From NCBI GenBank assembly GCA_950097015.1, contig CATNEN010000002.1, positions 3,720,001-3,784,000 of the forward strand: a DNA stretch of 64,000 bases. Direction: 5' to 3'. The DNA is from Macrostomum hystrix (lineage: Eukaryota > Animalia > Platyhelminthes). Position 1 is the stretch's first letter. Every line of letters begins with the position of its first letter. Made by a program: the position numbers and the translations under genes. The notes under the pieces are model-generated. The model did not search any database. It worked only from the letters and a program-made list of their open reading frames with translations, and was not told the DNA's origin. Of the stretch, positions 25,414 to 37,250 are shown one piece after another.

Positions 25414-28400
25414 TTAAAACAGGGCCAATTCGCATGCATGCAAAATATGGCCCAAATCAGCAGAGCTGGCCTCGAAGTCTTCATCGCCGCCACTGACTTC
25501 CCCGCCAGCAGATCGGGCAGCCGGCCGAAATTCGTCAACAGCCGAGGCAGAGTTCGGTGACAGTTCAACCAAGTCGAGCTGCTTCAAGCCGTTCAGATCC
25601 GCCTGTTCTTCGGCATCTTCGGCAATCACCTTACGGACATTGTCATCGGCCAGCAGACGGCACAACAGGCTTGACAGACGCCGAAGCCCGGGCTGGCACA
25701 AGCCGCCAAACAGCTGCAGTGTTGGCAGAGCAGTCGAGTTGATCAACAGTTTGACGGCGGATGGGCCGAGATTAACGGCTGACCTCAGGCGGAACCTGGC
25801 ACTCGGTCCTGAGTCGTCGTTATCTTCGGCATCGTCTTCATCCTGCTGATAGTCCAGAGCCTCGATAGCTAGGAGGATATCAATGGCTGAACTGGCCAAT
25901 TTGCGGGCTAGTTCTAAACTGTCGCTCAAATTTAGAGTGCATGCGTTGCCTAGCAACCGTTGCTGGGGTAGTCTATGGCCGAAAGCCGCTATCAGGGCGG
26001 TAGCGGACTCGGCGAGTTGGCACTGAGACACGCTGATCTCCGCTGCCAGGCGCAGCTGGTTAACTAGCAAGGCTGCTGTCAGAGATATTGGCAGTAATCG
26101 CTCCGCTATAGCTTTTGGCAACGTCAACGCTGACGAAGGCCTAGCGCCGACTGCCTGGAGACACCAGGCGCGCAGATCGGCCTCCGAATCGTAGCTGAAT
26201 GCCAGGCTGAATTTCAGCTGCATTGAGAGAAAGCTGGAGCAATCATCGAGACTCTGCGGGTTCGCGGAAGATCAAGGAGAGTTTAGGAGGATATCCCAAT
26301 TTGATTTCCTCAATAGGGATTTAACTGACATCCATTTGTCAGGATGTGGGATTCTGATATATCGGCGCATCTGAAGGCTGCGTACGGCTATTCAGTCCAT
26401 AGACTGTAGGGCGCCACATCCACCCTCAATTACTCCAGCTGATGCTGGTACCCAATCAAGAGCTGGGTGAACTGAAGCAACGCAGAGTTAATTGTATTGC
26501 TAGCGTATAAAAAATGCTCCAGTATAGTCGAGAATCGAATCCCCCCCCTTTCGAGTCTGGAGTCCTTCGATAGAATCATTCGAGCACGCTTAGATAAGCA
26601 CTAGACCAGACGCTGCAATGTCAAGGTCGTTTATCATTCATCAAATTTGTACTCGAAGGATTCGCGTGCTTGGCAAATAAAAAACACAATTTTTACCATA
26701 GACAACAAGCTATTATTTAACAGTTGGACTACCGAGTCATTTGCCGCCCGTTTTTATACTAAGCGTGGGGGGAGGGGAAATCCCCCTGTAAGTTTTTTCG
26801 GCGGCGCCTGAATGCTAACAGCGTTGGGTGGTGACTGATTGGTTGACTGACTAGACGATGACGTACTGTGGCTGAGCTGCGCCTAATATTTAGGCTTGAT
26901 CAGTGAAATTGGAGAAATTCGCGTCAGGGTGTCCATAGTGGCCTAGTTCCATCTGTTGTAGCCCTTGAAGGTCCAGCCAATCCGTCTAGATAAAGGTAGG
27001 TTACCACCAAAGATGGAGATGATTCAGGCTCATTCGGGTGACATGCTGATACATTTAAAAGGCCCGGCAAGGCCGCACTGAGGCGCAGTGCTAATTCGTG
27101 TATTGGGGTGTATGAAATACACTTAGCGCTTATGGGAAAAATCCGACCTTCGGCCAGAAGCGTTGAATATCTCGACAGTCTGAAGAGCTGGCGACTTGAT
27201 TCTCGCATCAGAAGATGCGCAACAAAAAGTTGGCCCGTGTTCTTGCGGAAATGAGAAGGTCTACCCTAGGAAATGTGCATTTTCCGTAAAAAAAATTCTA
27301 CAAAAAATGCTCGGAATCTGAATGCTTTACTGAGCTTCAATGCCTCACAATTTTTAGTTCGCAACTCACCTGAAAGCCAGCTGATGACTTTTCGGCTAGC
27401 ACAAAGTCGGCAAACTGCAACACCTGTCCGGGCATGAGAGGTCGATGAAAGCGCAGGCACCAGAGCAGGTGTCGCCGCAGTCTCTCCAGCGACCGTCTCG
27501 GGCACGGATCCTCTGCGCTAGAGGGCCCGCTGAGCAGCATCAGCCAGTCGCGAAAGCCGATTGGCTCGCCCAGCACCAGGGCGGTGAGGCGGGTGTCGCG
27601 GCTGGTTAGACCTTCAGTTTCATCGGCTGTGTCGATCGCCACAGCCAGGGAGCAAGCGACAATGTCTGGCAGTTCGCCAGCTGTTAGAGCTTTCTCTAGC
27701 AAGTCGAAGGCGGCGTCTGTATCGTCGGCGACACCTGTTTCGTCCGAATCGACAAGCCACAGCAGAGTTCTGCCAGCAGCTGTGAGATGCACGAGTGACA
27801 TCAGTGCCAGCTCTTCGCCACCCGGATGCAGTACTAGACGATCGAATTCAGCTGCCACCGCCGATGCCCCGGAGGATTCTTTCGAAGGCCGTCCGTCAAC
27901 CAGCAGCACTGGCCGGATTTGATTCAGCAGCGGGAGAGCTGCGGCAGCGAGGCACCGATCTACTAGGAGCAGAAATGGTGACGCGGCAGACACGGAGGCT
28001 GCCAGGTGACTCAGCGAATCGAGCGACACCGCGTCGATGAGCAAGCGAGGCTGGCGACGCGTGAAGTGCCGGCCCAGCTGACGGGCTAAAGAACAGTTTT
28101 AATTTCGTTGACTGATGGCTACTTAAAGTAGTTTAAAGCAAAAAATGCAAAAAAAATTGTCAATTGGCTTTCTAAAGATCTAGAATTTTAGGATTTTTCA
28201 ATCGGTTCTACCGACAAAATGTTTTGATAGGAAAAACTCAAATTCAAATAAAATTGTCCTTTTTATGTACGAGTAAAACGAGAAAAACTAGAAAACTAAG
28301 TTGAGAAATTAGAAGCTTCTCTCTTAGGAGACGTTTCTTAGAAAACGTTTCTTGGAAGCAAATTTAGATTGGTTGTCGCCGAAAAGAAAGTTTTTAGAAC

Positions 28401-29822
28401 TTTTGAGATTATTTTCCATATTTATAGTTTAGATTTCTGACATGCATTCTTTTTCAACATTCCTCTTATAAGGTTTGTAAAATCTTTTTTTGAAGCAACA
28501 TGCTTAGTAAGTGAAAATTCCTAGATCACCGTTTTGTCTTTTTGGGTAAAAAAAACCTGCGTTCTAAACTTTTTCTAAGAAACATAGTTTCCCGTCCTTT
28601 CGCTCATAGCACATGGCACACCATTTGGTAACCCAGCGAGAAGGCAGTTCTGCCCATTTCGCTGACTCCTGAGCACACACGCACACAGGTGTGTACATCT
28701 GCCCTGACTTTCATTTCTTTCTCGTCCCTGAGCACGACAAGCCCCAAAGCCTTCTCTCCGCGGCTGCGCCCCAAATGAATGTGACCTCGCCGCGTAATCG
28801 AGCTCAGGGACCTGGGTGCGAGAGGCAAACGCGTTAACTGTTCTGCCGCTCACACATCTGTAGACCCTGATTCAAGCTGGCATGTGCTTACACATTCGGA
28901 ATCCTCGCTCAATCCAATGCCCCAGCCGCTGTCCTAGCAATCCTCGTCTTGAAGCTTCATCGCCAGCTTCCGCTAGGCGATGCCCAGCTGGCAGCAGACT
29001 ACGAGCCACGGTGCGCCGCAGCAGGACCTCTGCAGCTGCCAGCCTGCGGACGAATTCGTCAGGCGGCAAAGTGGCGTCGGCGGCATCGCCAGCACCGGGG
29101 CCGCCACGAACCAATCGATGCGTGCCGGCGTCAGCCAGTACGCGCTCGGCAATGTCGGTCAGACAGACAAATTTATTACCCTTCGACCTAAGAGCAATGC
29201 AATCATCGTTAACCAGCGTCCAAATCAGATGCTGCTGCGGTTGCTGCTGCTGCTGATGATGATGATGATGATAAAAACTTCCAGAACCTGTTGAGGCCAG
29301 GGTCTGCAGACAACGGCAAGAGCACAGCGGCCTCTGCTGCGGCTGCGGAGGCGGCCTGACCGGGATGGGATTGTCCTTCATGGAGCCCAGGCAGTCGCGA
29401 GCGGCCTCCAGCTCCGACTCCTTCTGGCGCAGGCGCTCCAGGCGAAGCGCGCGCAAATCGCCGCTGGAAGCTTCGCCGACAGCCTCCGTTGAGGAGGCCA
29501 GGCCCTGTGCCGACGAGGGAAGGCTGCGAAAGCCCAGGCCGGAGTCCGGATTCGGGCCGCCCTTGGAGAAACCGACGCCACGCCGAAATCCGCCGCCTCC
29601 GCCACCACCGCCATTTCCGAAGCCTCCGCCATTTCCAAAGCCTCCGCCATTTCCGAAGCCTCCGCCACCGCCGCCATTTCCGAAGCCTCCGCCACCGCCG
29701 CCATTTTCGAAGCCTCCGCCGCCACCGCCATTTCTGAAGCCTCCGCCACCGCCGCCATTTCCGAAGCCTCCGCCGCCACCGCCGCCGCTACCTACGTGAG
29801 ATCGATTTGGATAGCGACACCT
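25414..29822 (-). CDS. Uncharacterised ~816-aa protein with an N-terminal Gly-rich (GGGGFxNG)n region; no early in-frame ATG
   Basis: Three GC-rich ORFs join in frame: 29822-28892 (phase 1), 28085-27370 (phase 0), 26217-25414 (stop); total 2451 nt. Donors T|GTAAGC and CAG|GTGAGT; acceptors TTGCAG, TTTAG, TGCAG with pyrimidine tracts. No family confidently recognised. Confidence 0.75.
26365..26605 (-). mobile_element. CORE-type SINE family 2 copy
   Basis: GGCGCATCTGAAGGCTGCG..GGCTATTCAGTCCAT...CCAGCTGATGCTGGTACCCA...AGCTGGGTGAACTGAAGCAA...GAATCGAATCCC is colinear with 36368-36600. Confidence 0.85.
26775..27250 (+). repeat. Dispersed ~470-bp repeat, copy 1 (intron 2 of the Gly-rich gene)
   Basis: Colinear reverse complement of ~55722-56182, e.g. 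GGGTGTCCATAGTGGCC...CCCTTGAAGGTCCAGC and TCGACAGTCTGAAGAGCTGGCGAC. Confidence 0.85.
28606..28852 (-). mobile_element. SINE family 1 copy in intron 1 of the Gly-rich gene
   Basis: Contains GTGTACATCTGCCCTGACTTTC, TCTCCGCGGCTGCGCC and the head GGCAAACGCGTTAAC in reverse orientation. Confidence 0.8.
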
Positions 29823-30589
29823 CTGCAAGACAAAAATGAATAAGATGTGAATGCAAATATAAAATCAATAAGTTTGCTGAATAACTGTTCCCGAACGTTA
29901 CTAGAAACTAAACTAAAAAATGAAATTAAGCCAAAGATTAACGGTAGAATACGTTTGTAAAAAAACGCATTAATATTCGTAGCGTAACTCTTTGCCATAT
30001 AATATGCCGTATTTCTTTACACATGCAAACATATTGGTAAAAATTAACAGACACACACAAAGCAAAGTGCTGCATAAGACTGAAAAATTCAAATACAAAC
30101 AGAAGCGAAAATGGAGTTATTTAAATTTAGTCTTTTTCATCATAAAGCGGAAATTTGCATCAATTATTGAAGGAATGAATTGAAAACAAATTATTATCAC
30201 ATATACTAAAACAGTTTAATTAAAGGTGAGAAGACAATTCGCGGCTTATGGGAGATGGGAGCTGGATTTCAATTTTTATGTTTAAACTCAACCAAGATAC
30301 TCAAACTTAAACTAGTTTTAATAAGCAACTGCATATCTGAAAAAGATCAAGAATATTGTAACAGCAAATTAAAATGGTTTAGCCCAGTCGTTTTTAATAC
30401 TGAATATATATATATATATATATGAGTTTCACGAGCATTCAATAATATAGTAAAAACAATAATAATTATAGCAGGCAGAAAATATATAGTTATTTCAGTT
30501 GCGCGATCCCATTGACCATGAGCCGAAAACAATTCACAGATAATGACCAGCACGTTCTTGAGTATCAATTCTTGAGTATATGATGCCAT

Positions 30590-31895
30590 AACACCCAAAT
30601 GACCAATCTGGCAGCAGCATGACCAATCTGACACCTAAATGACCAATCTGACAGCAGCATGACGAATCTGACACCCAAATGACCAATCTGACATCCACAT
30701 GACCAATCTGACACCCACATGACCAATCTGACATCCACATGACCAATCTGAAACCCACATGACCAATCTGACACCCACATGACCAATCTGACATCCACAT
30801 GATTAATCTGACACCCACATGATTAATCTGACACCCACATGATCAATCTGACACCCACATGATTAATCTGACACCCACATGATCAATCTGACAACCACAT
30901 GATCAATCTGACAGCCACATGATCAATCTGACAGCCGTATGATCAATCTGACATCCACGTGATCAATCTGACAGCCGTATGATCAATCTGACATCCACGT
31001 GATCAATCTGACATCCACATGACCAATCTGACATCCACATGATTAATCTGACACCCACATGATTAATCTGACACCCACATGATCAATCTGACACCCACAT
31101 GATTAATCTGACACCCACATGATCAATCTGACACCCACATGATTAATCTGACACCCACATGATCAATCTGACAACCACATGATCAATCTGACAGCCACAT
31201 GATCAATCTGACAGCCGTATGATCAATCTGACATCCACGTGATCAATCTGACAGCCGTATGATCAATCTGACATCCACGTGATCAATCTGACATCCACAT
31301 GACCAATCTGACATCCACATGATTAATCTGACACCCACATGATTAATCTGACACCCACATGATCAATCTGACACCCACATGATTAATCTGACACCCACAT
31401 GATCAATCTGACACCCACATGATCAATCTGACACCCACATGATCAATCTGACAACCACATGATCAATCTGACAGCCACATGATTAATCTGACAACCACAT
31501 GATCAATCTGACAGCCACATGATCAATCTGACAGCCGCATGATCAATCTGACATCCACGTGATCAATCTGACACCCACATGATTAATCTGACACCCACAT
31601 GATCAATCTGACAACCACATGATCAATCTGACAGCCACATGATCAATCTGACAGCCGTATGATCAATCTGACATCCACGTGATCAATCTGACACCCACAT
31701 GACCAAAGTGACACTCAAATGACCGATCTGACATCCACATAAACAATTGGACACCCACATGACCATTCTGACAGCCACATGACCAAATTGACAGCCAGAG
31801 CCAAATAACCCACCTGACACCCAAATGACCAATCTAGCAAAAAATGACCAATCTGAAAGCCAAATGACCAATCTGACACCAAAATGACCAATCTG
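30590..31895. repeat. 20-nt minisatellite immediately downstream of the KLHL8 stop
   Basis: Unit GATCAATCTGACACCCACAT, >60 copies, with repeated variant blocks. Confidence 0.97.
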
Positions 31896-31907
31896 ACAAT
31901 CAGCAGT

Positions 31908-34900
31908 TTATTTCGCAGCGGCAACTCCAGCAGATGTCGCAGCTGGCGCAGATTTCAAAGCTCGCACAGGAATGTCGGCAAAACAGACGCCGGCGCCAGC
32001 CCGTTTTAAATTGATGCCGGCCACGGGCTCCCACCGATTGGCGACAGGATCGAAGCATTCAACAGTGTCCATGTAGGACTCGCCGTCGTGACCGCCGATG
32101 GCGTAGATCTTGCCCCAGAGAGCGGCTACGCCGACTCCGCCGCGGCAGGTGTTCATAGACTGCATTTGGCACCATTTGTCAGCCCGAGGATCGTATCGTT
32201 CAACAGTGTCTAGAGGAGCATTGTCGTCGAAGCCGCCCAGGACGTAGATAAAAGAGTCCAGAGCAACAGCGCCAGCGCCGGCCCTCTTAAACTCCATGGA
32301 GGCGGCTGGCTGCCACATGTTCTTCACCGGATCGTAGCGCTCGCAGGTGGCAATAGAAGTTAACGAATCGTTGCCGCCGAATACGAAGATTTTGTCTTGA
32401 AAAGCCGTGCCACCAAGGCCGCCGCGCGGACTACCCATTGAGGCCACGTTGGCCCAACTGTCCGTCACTGGATTATAGCGCTCCACGGTGTAGAAGCAGG
32501 CGATGTCGTCTAGGCCGCCGAGGCAGAATAGGCAGTCGCTGAGGGTGGCAACGGCTAGGCCGCGTCGCCTAGTCGCCATGCTGGCGATGCGGCTCCACCG
32601 ATTGGCTACGGGATTGAACACTTCGCCGGAGGCCAGGTGATCGTGACCGTCGTGACCGCCGACAGCGTAGACTAGACCTAGAATAGGGAGGTCGTGTTAT
32701 TCGTTTTTTTCTACTATGACTAGCATGAGACGAAATTCAGATGGAGTTTATTTTACGATATGCATCGAAAAACGTATATCCATCGACTATAATAATTAGA
32801 CAAGATAGAGAATATAAATAGGGATTCATTTGCGAGATTAATGAACTTGCTAATACTATCTAGCTCCCGACATGTATCGAAAAATATAGATTAAGTTAAC
32901 TCATCATCGTCTCGCAAACTAGGGTGGGAGGTTGTAGCTCTGTGGTCAAAAAGTTCGTACTCTTGACCACGAGGAGGTCAGAGGTTCGAATCTCAGCTTG
33001 GGAAACAATTTGTGGTCTTAAATCCTTGTTGTCTCGGGTGCTAGCATTAGCTCAGGTAAAAAAATAGTTTATGAACTAAAGATTTGTGCACTTAGTGTAC
33101 TACAATCATCCGATATGTATCGAAAAATCATTTTTTATAAACGCTGCCTCACCATTGGCGGACACCAGTCCAACATGTCGCCGCTTAGTATGCATCGGTT
33201 CAACTGTAATCCAACGCTCCTCTAACAGATCGTAGACCTCAGCATTGCGGTAAGGATCGCTTAGAGTACCCCGACCGCCAACGCAGAAAATGCTGCCTGC
33301 GTAGGTCTTCCTAGGCCGGTAGTGAGGCAGCGAGGACACGCGCTGAGTGACGGGCCGGTGCTTGGCCCGGCTGAGCTGATAGGCGCAGGCGTCTAATACC
33401 AAATCCTTGCAGGCCTGCTGGCTGTGAATCAGCGGATCCGAGTGCACAGTGTCCATCAGGTATTCGGACGGCAACTGGGCCAGACGGACGCAATGAAGAA
33501 GCCTGGGGCATTGTGGGAGAGCGGCACAATGAAACAATCCAATTGATCTTTCTAATGTACCAGTAAATACATCGCCCGGAATTTTAAATCTGAAGACTTG
33601 ATCCTGAATCCCTGAGCTCTGGAGATCTCAAATCTGAAGACCTGATCCTGAATCCCTGAGCTCTGGAGATCTCAAATCTGAAGACCTGATCCTGAATCCC
33701 TGAACTCTGGAGATCTCAAATCTGAAGACCGGATCCTGAATCCCTGAACTCTGGAGATCTCAAATCTGAAGACCCGATCCTGAATCCCTGAACTCTGGAG
33801 ATCTCAAATCTGAAGACCTGATCCTGAATCCCTGAACTCTGGAGATCTCAAATCTGAAGACCTGATCCTGAATCCCTGAACTCTGGAGATCTCAAATCTG
33901 AAGACCTGATCCTGAATCCCTGAACTCTGGAGATCTCAAATCTGAAGACCGGATCCTGAATCCCTGAACTCTGGAGATCTCAAATCTGAAGACCCGATCC
34001 TGAATCCCTGAACTCTGGAGATCTCAAATCTGAAGACCTGATCCTGAATCCCTGAACTCTGGAGATCTCAAATCTGAAGACCGGATCCTGAATCCCTGAA
34101 CTCTGGAGATCTCAAATCTGAAGACCCGATCCTGAATCCCTGAACTCTGGAGATCTCAAATCTGAAGACCTGATCCTGAATCCCTGAACTCTGGAGATCT
34201 CAAATCTGAAGACCCGATCCTGAATCCCTGAGCTCTGAAGATCTCAGATCTGAAGACCTGATCCTGAATCCCTGAGCTCTGGAGATCTCAAATCTGAAGA
34301 CCCGATCCTGAATCCCTGAGCTCTGAAGATCTCAAATCTGAAGACCTGATCCTGAATCCCTGAACTCTGGAGATCTCAAATCTGAAGACCTGATCCTGAA
34401 TCCCTGAACTCTGGAGATCTCAAATCTGAAGACCCGATCCTGAATCCCTGAGCTCTGAAGATCTCAGATCTGAAGACCTGATCCTGAATCCCTGAGCTCT
34501 GGAGATCTCAAATCTGAAGACCCGATCCTGAATCCCTGAGCTCTGAAGATCTCAGATCTGAAGACCTGATCCTGAATCCCTGAACTCTGGAGATCTCAAA
34601 TCTGAAGACCTGATCCTGAATCCCTGAACTCTGGAGATCTCAAATCTGAAGACCCGATCCTGAATCCCTGAACTCTGGAGATCTCAAATCTGAAGACCTG
34701 ATCCTGAATCCCTGAACTCTGGAGATCTCAAATCTGAAGACCTGATCCTGAATCCCTGAACTCTGGAGATCTCAAATCTGAAGACCTGATCCTGAATCCC
34801 TGAACTCTGAGGATCTCAAACCTTAAGATCCCATCCTTAATTCCTGAACGCTATCTGGAATCTGAAGATCCCATCCTGAGTCCCTGAGCTCTGAGGATCT

Positions 34901-36164
34901 CAAACCTTAAGATCCCATCCTTAATCCCAGAACTTACGAGCTAACTAGAGTTCGCCTAACCGGCAGGTCCGCGTGCACCCATTTCACAACGCTGTCGAAC
35001 ACCCGAACCTCGTCGGGCACATTCAACGAGTCCGACTTCAATATAGACTGCAGCATGTCGAATGATAGCGAGTGGAAAACTTCGCTATTGACCAGCTGCT
35101 GGTAGTTCTGGCAGAGGAACTTGTCAATCTCAGCTATGAGGCCCGTCCGGTTGTGCTGTTGTGCGAACAGTCGGGCATCGATCGCATTCGACACGTCCAG
35201 CTTGTGGGCTATGAACCTCTCGCAACAGTGAATTACCTCTTCTAGTTGGAGAAGACAGGCTGTGTGCATGAGGCATTGCACACTGGCCGGCGTGACTGAC
35301 AGTTGGCCGGTGTAAAAGAAATCGATCACCTTGACAACCATGTCTTGGTCAAGGTCGTGCAAGGTCACAGTGTCTGTCTTCGACTCCTAAAATGAAGCAA
35401 CAGTAGGAAAAAAATAAGCCAGATTGAATCTAGCTACTCTACCAGATTGAATCTAGCTACTCTACCAGATTGAATCAAGCTACTCTACCAGATTGAATCT
35501 AGCTACTCTACCAGATTGAATCAAGCTACTCTACCAGATTGAATCTAGCTACTCTACCAGATTGAATCTAGCTACTCTACCAGATTGAATCTAGCTACTC
35601 TACCAGATTGAATCTAGCTACTCTACCAGATTGAATCTAGCTACTCTACCAGATTGAATCTAGCTACTCTACCAGATTGAATCTAGCTACTCTACCAGAT
35701 TGAATCTAGCTACTCTACCAGATTGAATCAAGCTACACTACCAGATTGAATCTAGCTACTCTACCAGATTGAATCTAGCTACTCTACCAGATTGAATCTA
35801 GCTACTTTACCAGATTGAATCTAGCTACTCTACTAGATTTGATTTATGAATTAAAGAACCTTAGCTAGCCCAAAAGCAGGTATCCCAAGCCACACACCTG
35901 CATTGGAGAGGAGAACATTGCGCAAAAGTAGGGACTCCAGCAGGCGAGCACCACCCTATGACAGGGTATTTCCCGCTGACCAATCCTGATGCGCACATCG
36001 CATAGCACCTCGGTGCGGTAGAACTCGTGCAGGCATTTGAATCCAGAGTCGCCGTGCATTGCAAAAGTGCAAACTGCCTCAGACGAATCAGCATCATACT
36101 GGATGGCTAAATCTGACCGACTAGTAGCCAAGTGGTGGAGTCTTGGCAATGCCGTTGTTGTCAT
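31908..36164 (-). CDS. KLHL8: Kelch-like protein 8 (BTB-BACK-6 Kelch), ~611 aa
   Basis: Exons 36164-35898, 35386-34938, 33502-33153, 32677-31908 (1836 nt, in frame). BTB: LCDVRIRIGQREIPCHRVVLACWSPYFCAMFS. KLHL8-specific stretches: RPRKTYAGSIFCVGGRG..DP, RRHVG, VYAVGGHDG, RRGLA...GGLDD..CF, PRGG.G, RAGAG...GGFDDNAPL. Confidence 0.93.
32925..33005 (+). mobile_element. tRNA-like SINE head in KLHL8 intron 3
   Basis: GTTGTAGCTCTGTGGTCAAAA...GAGGTTCGAATCTC (A/B boxes) without a good cloverleaf. Confidence 0.5.
33590..34930. repeat. 44-nt minisatellite filling KLHL8 intron 2
   Basis: Unit TCTCAAATCTGAAGACCTGATCCTGAATCCCTGAACTCTGGAGA, period 44 (33661 to 33705), ~30 copies. Confidence 0.97.
35418..35835. 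repeat. 23-nt minisatellite filling KLHL8 intron 1
   Basis: Unit ACCAGATTGAATCTAGCTACTCT, ~18 copies. Confidence 0.97.
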
Positions 36165-36367
36165 CACTATAAAATTAATGCATAAATTTGCATTTAAACC
36201 AGCTAATTAAATGACGAGTGCTTTACTAATTTAAATTTGTGAATAGTTACTCCTGCTGTCTACCCAAGTACTACGCATGTGACAAATATATTTATTAATT
36301 ATTAATTAATTGATTACACCTGCCCTAATCAGGTCAGATGTGCAGCCGACAGCACAGCCGCAGCTAT

Positions 36368-36600
36368 TGCGCGGCGCATCTGAAGGCTGCGTATGGCTGT
36401 TCAGTCCATGGACTGGGGGGACGCCACACCCACCTTCAATTATCCCAGCTAATGCTGGTACCCATTTAACAGCTGGGTGAACTGAAGCAATGCAGAGTTA
36501 ACTGTCTTGCTAAAGGACACAAATTGTTTAAGTGGAGACGGGAATCGAACCCCCGACCTTCAAGTCGTGAGTCCGACGCCCTAACCACTAGGCTACAACC
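36368..36600 (-). mobile_element. tRNA-derived CORE-type SINE (family 2), full length
   Basis: Minus strand: TGTAGCCTAGTGGTTAGGGCG...GGTTCGATTCCC (A/B boxes), then GTGTCCTTTAGCAAGACAGTTAAC...CTTCAGTTCACCCAGCTGTTAAATGGGTACC, which resembles the CORE domain, then tail GCAGCCTTCAGATGCGCC. Confidence 0.85.
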
Positions 36601-36999
36601 TCTCTTTATTTATATATACTTTTAGATTGGTAACAAAAGTTTTGTTAATCAAACTACCTATAACAGTAGCTGAAGCTGTAGAGAAACTGTACTAAACATA
36701 AAAGGTCAAACATGAAATGCAAGCATAGTCTTGGTGATAATACAAATTTCTTAGATAAACACAAAATATTATCAATATGGGACAAATGTTAAGGCATCAT
36801 AAACTTTCCAAATCTAACGCCTTTAAAAAGTTTTAATGCCACATTAGTTTGCATATTTTAAATTCCCGCATACAGCTAGTGTGATTTCAAAAAAATGGAA
36901 AACAGAATTGCACTACTGCCAGAATTTTAGAAGTACATTTTTGGTTGGGTTCTTTATTTGCAAAAGAATTTTCTAACCCAAATAAATAGACTTAACATC

Positions 37000-37250
37000 A
37001 ATAGAGTCAAGACTCAAGGGGACCTTTTGAAGATTGCTCATATTTATTACAGGATAGGCAGGCCTACAGGCTTTTGTTGGTACCCCAATATATAGGAATA
37101 CCCCACTAAGTGGGACATGATGATTGAAGAAGGCTTTTGGGTTGGGTAAATTCTGTGTGAATATAAAATAGGATTAGACTTGAATAGAGGCATGGGGACC
37201 TTTCAAATATTAATAATATTTATTATGTCTTAAGACTTAAGACTTGTGTA
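37000..37250 (+). repeat. Old dispersed repeat; second copy at ~58615-58860 in the same orientation
   Basis: Shared colinear blocks CAATAGAGTCAA, CCCCAATAxATAGGAATA, GGACATGxTGATTGAAG, GGTAAATT, AATAGGATTA, CATGGGxAC and TATTTATTAT. Confidence 0.65.

Noticed and set aside
28310-28360. Second heat-shock element (GAAgcTTC, TTCtaGAA)
   Set aside because: Only two-unit matches, intronic, with no associated TATA; expected by chance.
33590-34930. Regular 44-nt, 30-nt and 24-nt arrays as possible CRISPR arrays
   Set aside because: The units are contiguous with no unique spacers, there are no cas genes, and the context is eukaryotic introns.
36530-36600. tRNA gene
   Set aside because: It has A and B boxes but a poorly paired anticodon stem, and it runs straight into a CORE-like SINE body shared by several copies.
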